A stretch of DNA of 64,000 bases from Escherichia coli (GCF_003790525.1 NZ_CP033635.1); one strand, 5' to 3'. Positions 1 to 11,065 are shown, counted from the stretch's first letter. A program made the numbers and translations. The notes: a model not told the origin generated them from the sequence alone.

Positions 1-93
1 CTGATTATCGCTTAACGGGCGCGTCAGGTCGGCACCCGAAATTTGTGCGCCGATATACGGCCCCAGCGGGGTAATGCTCAGACGTTCACTCAT
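1..93 (-). CDS. tauD: taurine dioxygenase, N-terminal 31 codons only (gene continues beyond window start)
   Basis: Reverse complement of 1-93 translates [31 protein letters not shown]; ATGA start/stop overlap with tauC at 90-93. Confidence 0.75.
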   Translation of the reverse strand, partial: MSERLSITPLGPYIGAQISGADLTRPLSDNQ

Positions 94-917
94 TGTACTT
101 CTCCATGCCAGGGCGTCAGACGGCGCTGTAACGCGCGCAAACCCAGTTCTAAAAGAAAGGCGATAATCGCAATCACCGCGATCCCCGCCAGCACCACGTC
201 AGTCGCGAGAAATTCACCCGCTGACTGAACCATAAATCCTAAACCGCGCGTCGCGGCAATCAGCTCCGCCGCTACCAGCGTAGACCAGCCCACACCCAGA
301 CCAATGCGTAATCCGGTGAGGATTTCCGGCAGCGCGCCGGGCAAAATGACAAACCACAGCACCTGCGCACGGCTGGCACCCAGCGACTGGGCGGCACGAA
401 TGCGAACCTGCTGCGCGCTTTTCACCCCCGCCAGCGCCGACATCGCTACCGGGGCAAAAATCGCTAAATAGATCAGTAAGATCTTCGAAGTTTCACCAAT
501 ACCAAACCAGATCACCATCAGCGGCAAATAAGCCAGCGGCGGCACCGGACGATAAAGCTCGATTATCGGATCCAGAATGCCGCGCACCGTCGGGCTTAGT
601 CCCATGGCGATCCCGACCGGAATGCCGATCAACACCGCCGCGAGTAGCGCCAGCAAAATGCGCGTCAGGCTGGCTGCCAGATGCTGCCACAGCGTGGCGT
701 CCATAAATCCCTGCGGTCCGGCAATGGTGAGCAGTTTTGCCAGTACCTGTTGCGGTGGCGGCAAAAACAGCGGGCTAATCAGTTGCAGCGCCGCGACTGC
801 CCACCATACAGTGAGCAAAACCGCTAACGTACCAATGCTTAAGGTCACCTGACGCGAGAGCGGCCAGCGCCATTTCAGCCGATGCGAATGCAGTTTTTCA
901 TTAATGAGCACACTCAT
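90..917 (-). CDS. tauC: taurine ABC transporter permease
   Basis: 275-aa hydrophobic ORF; position in tauABCD order; 4-nt overlap with tauB. Confidence 0.9.
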   Translation of the reverse strand: MSVLINEKLHSHRLKWRWPLSRQVTLSIGTLAVLLTVWWAVAALQLISPLFLPPPQQVLAKLLTIAGPQGFMDATLWQHLAASLTRILLALLAAVLIGIPVGIAMGLSPTVRGILDPIIELYRPVPPLAYLPLMVIWFGIGETSKILLIYLAIFAPVAMSALAGVKSAQQVRIRAAQSLGASRAQVLWFVILPGALPEILTGLRIGLGVGWSTLVAAELIAATRGLGFMVQSAGEFLATDVVLAGIAVIAIIAFLLELGLRALQRRLTPWHGEVQ

Positions 918-1681
918 GAGAATGCCTCCCGTTGCTCAAATACGCGGCTTAAAACATATTCGCGCATGGCGATGAATTGTGGATCGGACTTGATGCTGCG
1001 GCTCGGTTCCCCGGCAACAAAGCGGCGAGCAAAGTTGAGCGGCAGCCGCTCCAGCACGCGGCCAGGGCCGGATGAAAGCAGAACCAGTTCAGTCGCCATA
1101 AACACCGCTTCTTCTATATCGTGGGTAATCAACAGCACCTGCTTGCCCGTCTCCTGCCAGAGTTTCAGCAGCAGGGTTTGCATCTGATCGCGGGTGAAGG
1201 CGTCCAGCGCGCCAAACGGTTCGTCGAGTAATAACAGCTGGGGATTCGCCGCCAGCGCGCGGGTAATCCCCACCCGCTGACGTTGACCGCCGGAAAGCTG
1301 CCAGATGTAGCGTTTTTCCGCCCCTTCCAGGCCGACTTTTTTCAGCATCTGGTGCGCGATTTCCAGTCGCTGCATTTTCTCTACGCCTGCCAGTTGCAGG
1401 CCGAATGCCACGTTGTCCTGTACATTGCGCCACGGTAGTAGCCCTTCATTCTGAAAAACTACGCCACGCTCTGCTCCCGGTCCCTCAATACGCTTACCCG
1501 CCAGTTGAATGCTGCCATGCTGATAAGGCACAAAACCGGCAATCAGATTCAGCAAGGTGGTTTTGCCGCAGCCAGACGGTCCCAGAACCACCAGAAGCTC
1601 GCCGCTTTCCAGCGTCAGGTTGATATCTTCCAGTGCCGGTTTGCCGCCATAATCGGCGTAAAGATGAGAGATTTGCAGCAT
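914..1681 (-). CDS. tauB: taurine ABC transporter ATP-binding protein
   Basis: Walker [13 protein letters not shown] signature LSGGQRQR, Walker B LLLDEPF in 255-aa ORF. Confidence 0.92.
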   Translation of the reverse strand: MLQISHLYADYGGKPALEDINLTLESGELLVVLGPSGCGKTTLLNLIAGFVPYQHGSIQLAGKRIEGPGAERGVVFQNEGLLPWRNVQDNVAFGLQLAGVEKMQRLEIAHQMLKKVGLEGAEKRYIWQLSGGQRQRVGITRALAANPQLLLLDEPFGALDAFTRDQMQTLLLKLWQETGKQVLLITHDIEEAVFMATELVLLSSGPGRVLERLPLNFARRFVAGEPSRSIKSDPQFIAMREYVLSRVFEQREAFS

Positions 1682-1694
1682 CTGCTGCCTCCTT

Positions 1695-2657
1695 TTATTG
1701 CACGAAGCGCGAGGTCACGTACTGGCTGTAATCATTCGCCACGGCAGGGACTTTACCCTGATCTTTCAAAAACTGCGCGGTATCGATGATCGCTTTATTC
1801 ACCGGTCCGGTCAGTTCTGCCGTTTGTTGCTGCGGCGTCAGATAGGTATTCCCCTTCACCAGCCCCGGAACGTCACCTTCAGGCACGCCGCTTAACCGCG
1901 CCAGTTTGCTGATGTTTTCCGGCTGTTTCAGCCACGCGTCTGGGTTAGCAATGTACGGTTGCTGAGCATCGATGGCGCTTTTAGCGAACGCTTTCACGAC
2001 CTCAGGATGTTTCTCGGCAAAATCTTTGCGCACTACCCAGACATCCAGCGTCGGCGCACCCCACTGCCCGACCTGTTCAGAATCGGTCAGCACCTTGCCG
2101 TCTTTTTCCAGGGCGTTAACCGCCGGTGCCCAGACATAAGCACCATCAATGTCTCCCCGCTGCCATGCAGCGATAATCGCGGGCGGCTGCAGGTTCACAA
2201 TCTCCACTTGCCCGGGTTTAATACCCCAGTGTTTCAGCGCCGCCAGCAGGCTGTAGTGGGTGGTGGAGATAAACGGTACGGCGATGCGCTTGCCAATCAG
2301 ATCTTCCGGTTTGCTGATAGTTTTCTTTACCACCAGCGCTTCGGAGTTACCCAGTTTTGACGCCAGCAAGAAGACTTCAATCGGCACCTGTTGGCTGGTT
2401 GCAACCGCTAACGGGCTGGAACCGAGGTTGCCGATTTGCACGTCGCCTGAAGCCAGCGCCCGCACGATGCTGGCTCCGCTGTCAAACTTACGCCAGTCCA
2501 CGGTTGCTCCGCTTTCTTTAGCAAAGGTGTTGTCGGCCTGAGCCACTTTCGCCGGTTCGGCGGAGGTTTGATACGCCACGGTGACGTTCACCGCCTGCGC
2601 CTGAAAAGCGATGAATGCCAGTGCGGCAAGAAGTGTGTTACGCGATGAAATTGCCAT
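1695..2657 (-). CDS. tauA: taurine ABC transporter periplasmic binding protein
   Basis: ORF 1695-2714; likely start at internal ATG giving signal peptide [22 protein letters not shown] and 320 aa. Confidence 0.85.
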   Translation of the reverse strand: MAISSRNTLLAALAFIAFQAQAVNVTVAYQTSAEPAKVAQADNTFAKESGATVDWRKFDSGASIVRALASGDVQIGNLGSSPLAVATSQQVPIEVFLLASKLGNSEALVVKKTISKPEDLIGKRIAVPFISTTHYSLLAALKHWGIKPGQVEIVNLQPPAIIAAWQRGDIDGAYVWAPAVNALEKDGKVLTDSEQVGQWGAPTLDVWVVRKDFAEKHPEVVKAFAKSAIDAQQPYIANPDAWLKQPENISKLARLSGVPEGDVPGLVKGNTYLTPQQQTAELTGPVNKAIIDTAQFLKDQGKVPAVANDYSQYVTSRFVQ

Positions 2658-3272
2658 GATTGTCTGCTCCCCTGTCTTGTTATGGGAGCAGTATTCAGGA
2701 ATAAAAACATTCATTAAAAGAATTAGTCGTTATCGCACAGATGATTTTATTCTTAGCAAAAAAACGGCAAAGGAAAGATTAAATATGCAATTACTCCGTT
2801 CTAACAATTGGGAAAATTACTACACTTCATTTTAGTGATGCATAAACAACCACATTACGAGATTTATTACTTCATTATTTCTATCAATATCAATACATAT
2901 AATAAAACTATTATATTCGCATTGTATATATCACTGTATCATTCTCAATCACTCGCATATTACATTCACATAATGTATATAAACAATACTTGTTCACAGA
3001 ACATATTTTTTAAATGCAATTAATTGACAAACTAAATCACATCTAAATACAATGTATAAAACAAAATAACTATACATACCAAACATACAAACACTTAACA
3101 TATGAATTGCATAAAAACATTACCCAGTCGAACCTCCGGGTCTGAAAGCCCTTGCTTTTCAGTTATTAGCAACATTTAACATTTATAAATTAACATCTGG
3201 CTGCGCCAGAGATTACGTCTCTGAGTGCATCGTTGTGCTTGTAGTATAATAAATAAAATGGAGTGTCATTAA

Positions 3273-3944
3273 GTGGATAAGGTTTTAGATTCAGCCCTCC
3301 TTTCTTCGGCAAATAAAAGAAAGGGTATCCTTGCTATTGGCGCACATCCTGACGATATAGAATTAGGCTGTGGCGCATCGCTTGCTCGTCTTGCGCAAAA
3401 AGGAATTTATATCGCAGCCGTGGTGATGACTACCGGCAACTCTGGCACAGATGGAATAATCGATCGCCATGAAGAATCGCGCAACGCCCTAAAGATATTA
3501 GGGTGCCACCAAACTATTCATCTTAATTTTGCTGACACCCGCGCTCATTTACAGCTCAATGATATGATTTCCGCCCTGGAAGACATCATTAAAAATCAAA
3601 TTCCTTCTGATGTTGAAATCATGCGGGTATATACCATGCATGATGCTGACCGCCATCAGGATCATCTTGCAGTCTATCAAGCCTCAATGGTTGCCTGCCG
3701 AACTATTCCACAAATTCTCGGCTACGAAACCCCAAGTACCTGGCTTTCATTTATGCCTCAGGTTTTTGAATCCGTTAAAGAAGAATATTTCACAGTCAAA
3801 CTTGCTGCATTAAAAAAACATAAAAGCCAGGAACGACGCGATTATATGCGTCATGATCGCCTGCGTGCAGTTGCACAATTTCGCGGGCAACAGGTCAATA
3901 GCGATCTGGGTGAAGGCTTTGTAATTCATAAAATGATTCTTTGA
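3273..3944 (+). CDS. yaiS: LmbE/PIG-L family putative N-acetylglucosaminyl deacetylase
   Basis: GAHPDDIELG motif near N-terminus and HDADRHQDH metal-site-like motif; GGAG 9 nt upstream of GTG at 3273; start uncertain. Confidence 0.7.
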   Translation: MDKVLDSALLSSANKRKGILAIGAHPDDIELGCGASLARLAQKGIYIAAVVMTTGNSGTDGIIDRHEESRNALKILGCHQTIHLNFADTRAHLQLNDMISALEDIIKNQIPSDVEIMRVYTMHDADRHQDHLAVYQASMVACRTIPQILGYETPSTWLSFMPQVFESVKEEYFTVKLAALKKHKSQERRDYMRHDRLRAVAQFRGQQVNSDLGEGFVIHKMIL

Positions 3945-3953
3945 GCAAATTGC

Positions 3954-5150
3954 ATGAAAACCTGGATATTTATCTGTATGGCCGTAGCAATATTGCTATG
4001 GTTCCTGAGTACGTTAAGGCGTAAGCCCAGCCAAAAAAAAGGCTGTATTGACGCCATTATACCTGCTTATAACGAAGGCCCGTGTCTGGCGCAGTCACTG
4101 GATAATCTGCTGCGTAACCCTTATTTTTGCCGGGTAATTTGCGTTAACGACGGCTCCACGGACAATACCGAAGCGGTCATGGCGGAAGTCAAACGCAAAT
4201 GGGGCGACCGCTTTATTGCCGTCACGCAAAAAAATACCGGTAAAGGTGGTGCGCTGATGAATGGCCTCAATTACGCCACCTGCGACCAGGTTTTTTTAAG
4301 TGATGCCGACACCTATGTTCCGCCCGATCAAGACGGAATGGGCTATATGCTGGCAGAAATAGAGCGCGGTGCTGATGCCGTAGGCGGCATTCCCTCTACT
4401 GCGTTGAAAGGCGCGGGTCTGTTACCGCACATCCGCGCGACCGTAAAGTTGCCGATGATTGTTATGAAGCGCACGCTACAGCAGCTCCTGGGCGGCGCAC
4501 CGTTTATTATCAGCGGTGCCTGCGGGATGTTCCGTACTGATGTATTGCGTAAGTTCGGTTTCTCTGATCGTACTAAAGTCGAAGACCTTGATCTCACCTG
4601 GACATTGGTGGCAAACGGCTATCGTATTCGGCAGGCGAATCGCTGCATCGTATACCCACAGGAATGCAACAGCCCGCGTGAGGAATGGCGTCGCTGGCGG
4701 CGTTGGATTGTGGGCTACGCGGTCTGTATGCGCCTGCATAAAAGACTTTTATTTAGCCGCTTCGGTATCTTCAGTATATTTCCTATGCTGTTGGTTGTGC
4801 TTTATGGCGTTGGGATTTATCTCACTACCTGGTTTAATGAATTCATCACCACCGGGCCGCATAGTGTGGTGTTGGCAATGTTTCCGCTTATCTGGGTCGG
4901 CGTAGTTTGTGTTATTGGTGCTTTTAGCGCCTGGTTTCATCGTTGCTGGTTGTTGGTGCCTTTAGCGCCGCTTTCCGTTGTGTATGTATTATTAGCTTAT
5001 GCCATCTGGATTATTTATGGACTTATTGCCTTTTTTACTGGACGCGAACCTCAGCGCGACAAACCCACCCGCTATTCCGCACTGGTGGAAGCGTCAACCG
5101 CTTATTCCCAACCTTCTGTCACAGGAACTGAAAAACTTTCTGAAGCTTAA
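3954..5150 (+). CDS. yaiP: membrane-embedded family-2 glycosyltransferase (synthase-like)
   Basis: 398 aa; N-terminal TM helix, IPAYNE, NDGSTD, SDADT (DxD), EDLD, REEWRRW (QxxRW-like) motifs, then C-terminal TM helices. Confidence 0.8.
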   Translation: MKTWIFICMAVAILLWFLSTLRRKPSQKKGCIDAIIPAYNEGPCLAQSLDNLLRNPYFCRVICVNDGSTDNTEAVMAEVKRKWGDRFIAVTQKNTGKGGALMNGLNYATCDQVFLSDADTYVPPDQDGMGYMLAEIERGADAVGGIPSTALKGAGLLPHIRATVKLPMIVMKRTLQQLLGGAPFIISGACGMFRTDVLRKFGFSDRTKVEDLDLTWTLVANGYRIRQANRCIVYPQECNSPREEWRRWRRWIVGYAVCMRLHKRLLFSRFGIFSIFPMLLVVLYGVGIYLTTWFNEFITTGPHSVVLAMFPLIWVGVVCVIGAFSAWFHRCWLLVPLAPLSVVYVLLAYAIWIIYGLIAFFTGREPQRDKPTRYSALVEASTAYSQPSVTGTEKLSEA

Positions 5151-5709
5151 TGTTAAAGAGAAAAATATTCAGATTGCAGACCAGGTAATTATTGATGAAA
5201 CTGCAGGTGAAGTTGTTATCGGCGCGAATACCCATATTTGTCACGGTGCCGTTATTCAGGGTCCGGTAGTGATTGGCGCAAACTGCCTGATAGGTAATTA
5301 TGCGTTTATTCGTCCTGGCACAATAATCAGCAATGGCGTAAAAATTGGTTTCGCCACCGAAATTAAAAATGCGGTTATTGAAGCGGAAGCAACGATTGGT
5401 CCGCAATGTTTTATTGCCGACTCGGTAGTCGCAAACCAGGCATATTTGGGCGCACAAGTACGTACCAGTAATCATCGTCTGGATGAACAGCCCGTGTCTG
5501 TTCGAACTCCAGAGGGAATTATCGCTACCGGATGCGATAAATTAGGTTGTTATATCGGACAGCGTTCACGCCTTGGCGTACAAGTTATTATTTTGCCTGG
5601 GCGAATTATTTCCCCGAACACGCAACTTGGCCCGCGCGTGATTGTAGAACGTAATTTACCTACCGGAACTTATTCACTCCGACAAGAACTTATCCGTACA
5701 GGAGATTAA
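4999..5709 (+). CDS. yaiX: hexapeptide-repeat (left-handed beta-helix) acyltransferase; true start uncertain
   Basis: Maximal ORF overlaps yaiP by 150 nt; repeated [LIV]G-x4 hexapeptides (VIGANTHI, VIGANCLI, ISNGVKIG); first canonical start after the yaiP stop is GTG at 5269. Confidence 0.55.
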   Translation: MPSGLFMDLLPFLLDANLSATNPPAIPHWWKRQPLIPNLLSQELKNFLKLNVKEKNIQIADQVIIDETAGEVVIGANTHICHGAVIQGPVVIGANCLIGNYAFIRPGTIISNGVKIGFATEIKNAVIEAEATIGPQCFIADSVVANQAYLGAQVRTSNHRLDEQPVSVRTPEGIIATGCDKLGCYIGQRSRLGVQVIILPGRIISPNTQLGPRVIVERNLPTGTYSLRQELIRTGD

Positions 5710-5710
5710 A

Positions 5711-6484
5711 ATGATAAAACGGACGTTATTAGCGGCGGCCATTTTTAGCACATTGCCCGCTTATGCCGGGTTAACTTCCATTACCGCGGGCTACGATTTT
5801 ACCGATTATTCTGGCGATCATGGCAATCGTAATTTAGCGTATGCTGAACTGGTGGCGAAAGTTGAAAACGCAACGCTGCTTTTTAATCTTTCCCAGGGGC
5901 GTCGTGATTATGAAACTGAACATTTCAATGCCACTCGCGGTCAGGGTGCGGTCTGGTATAAATGGAATAACTGGCTGACAACCCGAACGGGTATTGCCTT
6001 TGCGGATAATACGCCGGTCTTTGCCCGCCAGGATTTTCGTCAGGATATTAACCTGGCACTGTTGCCAAAAACGCTTTTCACGACCGGTTATCGCTACACT
6101 AAATATTACGATGATGTCGAAGTCGATGCCTGGCAAGGCGGCGTATCCCTCTATACTGGCCCGGTGATCTCCAGCTACCGCTATACCCATTATGACTCCA
6201 GCGATGCAGGTGGTAGTTACAGCAATATGATTTCCGTGCGTCTGAATGACCCGCGCGGCACTGGTTATACGCAACTATGGCTAAGCCGCGGAACAGGCGC
6301 TTACACCTATGACTGGACGCCAGAAACACGCTACGGCAGCATGAAGAGCGTCAGTCTGCAACGTATTCAACCGCTGACTGAGCAACTTAATCTCGGGCTG
6401 ACGGCAGGTAAAGTGTGGTACGACACCCCAACCGATGATTATAACGGTCTGCAACTTGCAGCCCATCTGACCTGGAAATTCTGA
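5711..6484 (+). CDS. yaiO: outer-membrane beta-barrel protein
   Basis: Signal peptide MIKRTLLAAAIFSTLPAYA, alternating aromatic-rich strands, C-terminal TWKF; starts 2 nt after yaiX stop. Confidence 0.8.
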   Translation: MIKRTLLAAAIFSTLPAYAGLTSITAGYDFTDYSGDHGNRNLAYAELVAKVENATLLFNLSQGRRDYETEHFNATRGQGAVWYKWNNWLTTRTGIAFADNTPVFARQDFRQDINLALLPKTLFTTGYRYTKYYDDVEVDAWQGGVSLYTGPVISSYRYTHYDSSDAGGSYSNMISVRLNDPRGTGYTQLWLSRGTGAYTYDWTPETRYGSMKSVSLQRIQPLTEQLNLGLTAGKVWYDTPTDDYNGLQLAAHLTWKF

Positions 6485-6592
6485 TTGCTTCTGCCGCCCG
6501 CTATCCGGGGCGGCCTTCCCTGTCGATTAGGCCCCTCTTTCCTTTTTGTTATCCGACTACATTCACCGGATAAATTTTATTCTCCAGTGTTA

Positions 6593-6644
6593 TATACTAT
6601 AGGGGGGTATGCATTGACATATAGCATACCCCCCTATAGTATAT
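6593..6644 (+). promoter_or_regulatory. frmRAB promoter with large palindromic operator (FrmR/RcnR-type TACT-G6 ... C6-AGTA)
   Basis: TATACTATAGGGGGGTATGC-attgacatata-GCATACCCCCCTATAGTATA; 20-bp arms enclosing a TTGACA hexamer. Confidence 0.6.
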
Positions 6645-6668
6645 TGCGTGCAGATGATGAGGTGCGAA

Positions 6669-6944
6669 ATGCCCAGTACTCCGGAAGAGAAGAAAAAGGT
6701 CCTTACTCGAGTTCGTCGTATTCGGGGGCAAATTGATGCTCTGGAACGGTCGCTGGAGGGTGATGCCGAATGCCGTGCCATACTCCAACAGATCGCTGCC
6801 GTTCGGGGCGCGGCTAACGGGCTGATGGCAGAAGTGCTTGAAAGCCATATCCGGGAAACGTTTGACCGAAATGACTGCTACAGCCGCGAAGTCAGCCAAT
6901 CCGTTGACGACACTATTGAACTGGTTCGTGCCTATCTTAAATAG
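6669..6944 (+). CDS. frmR: formaldehyde-responsive transcriptional repressor (CsoR/RcnR family)
   Basis: 91-aa product [29 protein letters not shown]...; upstream of frmA. Confidence 0.85.
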
Positions 6945-6948
6945 CTGA

Positions 6949-8088
<1,140 letters not shown>

Positions 8089-8179
8089 TTTCCCGCAGGT
8101 TTACCCGTCCAGTTCAGACGGGGTTCTTAATACTCTCCCCGGGCAGCCGTCCGGGGGATTAACCGTGAGATAATGACTG

Positions 8180-9013
8180 ATGGAACTCATTGAAAAACAT
8201 GCCAGCTTTGGCGGCTGGCAAAATGTGTATCGGCATTATTCCCAATCACTGAAATGTGAAATGAATGTCGGCGTCTATCTCCCACCAAAAGCCGGGAATG
8301 AAAAATTACCGGTGCTGTACTGGCTTTCGGGCCTGACCTGCAACGAGCAGAATTTCATTACTAAATCGGGGATGCAGCGTTACGCGGCTGAGCACAACAT
8401 TATTGTTGTTGCGCCGGACACCAGTCCGCGAGGCAGTCATGTCGCAGATGCCGACCGTTACGATCTCGGGCAAGGTGCCGGGTTTTACCTGAACGCAACG
8501 CAAGCGCCGTGGAATGAACATTACAAAATGTATGATTATATCCACAACGAGCTGCCGGATTTAGTGATGCAACATTTTCCGGCAACGACCAGAAAGTCTA
8601 TCTCAGGTCATTCTATGGGCGGACTGGGCGCGCTGGTGCTGGCGTTACGTAATCCAGATGAATATGTCAGCGTCTCGGCATTTTCGCCCATTGTCTCCCC
8701 ATCGCAAGTACCGTGGGGACAGCAAGCCTTTGCCGCATATCTTGGTGAAAATAAAGAGGCCTGGTTGGATTACGATCCGGTGAGCCTTATTTCACAAGGT
8801 CAACGCGTTGCGGAAATCATGGTTGATCAGGGGTTGAGTGATGATTTTTACGCAGAACAGCTGCGGACTCCAAATCTTGAAAAGATCTGCCAGGAGATGA
8901 ATATCAAGACGTTAATCCGTTATCACGAGGGTTATGATCACAGCTATTATTTTGTCTCCAGTTTTATTGGCGAGCATATTGCGTACCACGCCAATAAACT
9001 GAATATGCGTTAA
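8180..9013 (+). CDS. frmB: S-formylglutathione hydrolase (esterase D family)
   Basis: 277 aa; GHSMGG nucleophile elbow. Confidence 0.9.
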   Translation: MELIEKHASFGGWQNVYRHYSQSLKCEMNVGVYLPPKAGNEKLPVLYWLSGLTCNEQNFITKSGMQRYAAEHNIIVVAPDTSPRGSHVADADRYDLGQGAGFYLNATQAPWNEHYKMYDYIHNELPDLVMQHFPATTRKSISGHSMGGLGALVLALRNPDEYVSVSAFSPIVSPSQVPWGQQAFAAYLGENKEAWLDYDPVSLISQGQRVAEIMVDQGLSDDFYAEQLRTPNLEKICQEMNIKTLIRYHEGYDHSYYFVSSFIGEHIAYHANKLNMR

Positions 9014-9021
9014 TAATAGTG

Positions 9022-9126
9022 CACGACTGCCGGATGCGGCGTGAACGCCTTATCCGCCTACATTTCGCCTGGAAACCGTAGGCATGATAAGACTCGCAAA
9101 GCGTCGCATCAGGCATCTGCACACGA
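9022..9126. repeat. REP/BIME-type palindromic unit cluster
   Basis: gccggatgcggcgtgaacgccttatccgcctac followed by gcgtcgcatcaggcatctgcacacg. Confidence 0.6.
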
Positions 9127-9137
9127 TTTATCTATGT

Positions 9138-9677
9138 TTACCACATCAAATCATCAGGCACTTTGAAGTCAGCATACGGATCGTCTTCATCCTGCTCTTC
9201 GGCGCTGAGCGCGCTGTGCAACGCAATACTGCTGGCATCACGCTGAGCAATTTTATCGGCAACGCTGGCGGGAATAATGGCGTATTCACCCTCACTATTG
9301 TTATCGACCAACAAGCGGGCAATCGCCAGACGACCATTAATCAACTGCGTTTGCGTGAGCTTATCGACAAAAATCTTCTTAATCAGATTGCCGTCAGTGA
9401 AGTTAAAACCAATATCGCCATTGGCAATGGTAATTCGGTTCATTTCAATGAGCTGCTTCACCTGGGCTTTATATTCTTTCGCCAACGCCGCTTGTTTTTG
9501 TTGTTCGCTAAGCTGTTTATCACGCTCAAGCTGTGCCTTTTTATTTTCTTCTACCGCCGCCCGAGCTTCACGCGCCTGAACGCGCGATTTTTTCGCCGTT
9601 CTCTCGACCTTCGCCGCTTTTTTGCTGGTGACTAATCCTGCTTTGAGCAACTGCTCTTGTAAGGTAAGTTTTGCCAT
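9138..9677 (-). CDS. yaiL: DUF2058-family protein
   Basis: ORF 9138-9794; internal start MAKLTLQEQLLK gives 179 aa; lysine/glutamine-rich low-complexity N-terminal half. Confidence 0.7.
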   Translation of the reverse strand: MAKLTLQEQLLKAGLVTSKKAAKVERTAKKSRVQAREARAAVEENKKAQLERDKQLSEQQKQAALAKEYKAQVKQLIEMNRITIANGDIGFNFTDGNLIKKIFVDKLTQTQLINGRLAIARLLVDNNSEGEYAIIPASVADKIAQRDASSIALHSALSAEEQDEDDPYADFKVPDDLMW

Positions 9678-9769
9678 CTTTGTTTCCAAACCCGCTGAAT
9701 AATTTTTAGCGAGTATACCTGTAAACGCCGTAGGTGTATTGGGGGGAAGTCCCTTTCGCCCCTGCTTAA

Positions 9770-9802
9770 TAAGGCGCGTCAGGCATCTGCACACGGCTGC
9801 AT
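9770..9802. repeat. REP-like palindromic unit overlapping the mhpT stop
   Basis: gcgcgtcaggcatctgcacacggctgcat, near-copy of the unit at 9101-9125; encodes the mhpT C-terminus MQPCADA on the minus strand. Confidence 0.5.
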
Positions 9803-10990
9803 TCGTGATCTCCGGCTCATCAAAATAAACACTGCCAGGCCGGCAACAAGAATACCCGGCGCAGAAGCGGCCATTACGCCAACCGTGCCAGTGCCTAATG
9901 CCAGCATTTTCCCGGCCAGTAACGGACCGCTCATAGCCCCCAGACGCCCTACCGCCACGGCTGTTCCCACACCTGTTGCGCGGATCTGCGAACTGTAAAA
10001 CAACGGTGCCAGGGCATACAAAACGCTTTGCCCACCTGTCGCAAACAACCCCGCGACGAATCCCGCCAGCAACATACCGTTAAATGACGACACCGTTCCC
10101 AGCGCCAGCAGCGAAGCTAACATGCCGCTATAAATCAGTAGCGACATGGTTACTGGACGCAGCTTATCCATCAATGCGCCCAACATTAACGTCCCGCTTG
10201 CCGCCCCCATTTGCAGTGCAAACATCACCCCTGCCGCCTGCGATGGCTGGAATCCTTGCTCCACCAAAAGCAGCGGTAGCCAGTTGATCAACATGTAGAC
10301 CACCAGCAGAGTGAAGAAATAACACAACCACAGCAGCAGCGTCGCGGTAGCCGTTTCTGGCGCAAATAACGCACGCAGTGGTGGCGCGGCCTGTTTTTCG
10401 CCAGCGAACACCGCCGACTCCGGCAGCCAGCGCATTAACAGCGGCACCAGAATCAACGGCACCACACCACCTACCCAAAACACCGTTTGCCATGCTAAGT
10501 TTGCCCCCGCGAAACCCAGTGTCGCCGCCAGCGCCGCGCCAATGGGAACACCGCAATACATCAGGCTCACTGCCGTCCCACGAAAACGTGGACCCGCGGC
10601 TTCAGACGTCAGGGCGATCAGATTCGGCAACGCCGCCCCCAGCCCGACACCGGTCATCAGCCGCGCAAAGACCAGTGAGGGGAAATCCCAGGCAATCGCC
10701 GTTGCCAGTGAGAACAAACCAAACAGCGCAACTGAGCCAATCAAAATGCGCTTGCGACCATAACGGTCCGCCAGCATCCCGCCAACCAGCGCGCCGGGTA
10801 GCAAACCGAGTATTCCGGCGCTGAATATCCAGCCCATTTGCATTTTATCGAGTGCAAAAGCCTGGGCGATGCCACCCGCCGCAATGCCAGCCGCCTGAAG
10901 ATCCAGCCCTTCCATCAGAGCGACCAAAAAACAAAGCCCGATGGTCAGCATCAGGCGGGATGAAGATGATGAAGGGGTACGAGTCGACAT
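9779..10990 (-). CDS. mhpT: 3-hydroxyphenylpropionate MFS transporter
   Basis: ORF 9779-11059 trimmed to MSTRTPSSS start (403 aa); 12-TM MFS-like hydrophobicity. Confidence 0.85.
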   Translation of the reverse strand: MSTRTPSSSSSRLMLTIGLCFLVALMEGLDLQAAGIAAGGIAQAFALDKMQMGWIFSAGILGLLPGALVGGMLADRYGRKRILIGSVALFGLFSLATAIAWDFPSLVFARLMTGVGLGAALPNLIALTSEAAGPRFRGTAVSLMYCGVPIGAALAATLGFAGANLAWQTVFWVGGVVPLILVPLLMRWLPESAVFAGEKQAAPPLRALFAPETATATLLLWLCYFFTLLVVYMLINWLPLLLVEQGFQPSQAAGVMFALQMGAASGTLMLGALMDKLRPVTMSLLIYSGMLASLLALGTVSSFNGMLLAGFVAGLFATGGQSVLYALAPLFYSSQIRATGVGTAVAVGRLGAMSGPLLAGKMLALGTGTVGVMAASAPGILVAGLAVFILMSRRSRMQPCADA

Positions 10991-11065
10991 AAGATGAACC
11001 TCGTTGCGAGTGCAGGTGAGTCGCGGCTGATACATTGCCAGCCGCGTAATCAGAACCATTTAATG

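Noticed and set aside
2611-3023. Two short ORFs (74 and 71 codons) in the tauA–yaiS spacer as possible small proteins
   Set aside because: They are extremely AT-rich and low-complexity (runs of I, Y, N, K), lack a convincing Shine-Dalgarno sequence and overlap the expected tauA promoter; more likely non-coding regulatory DNA.
9084-9635. 183-codon ORF on the plus strand overlapping yaiL
   Set aside because: It is antisense to the better-supported yaiL frame and its translation is low-complexity; judged spurious.
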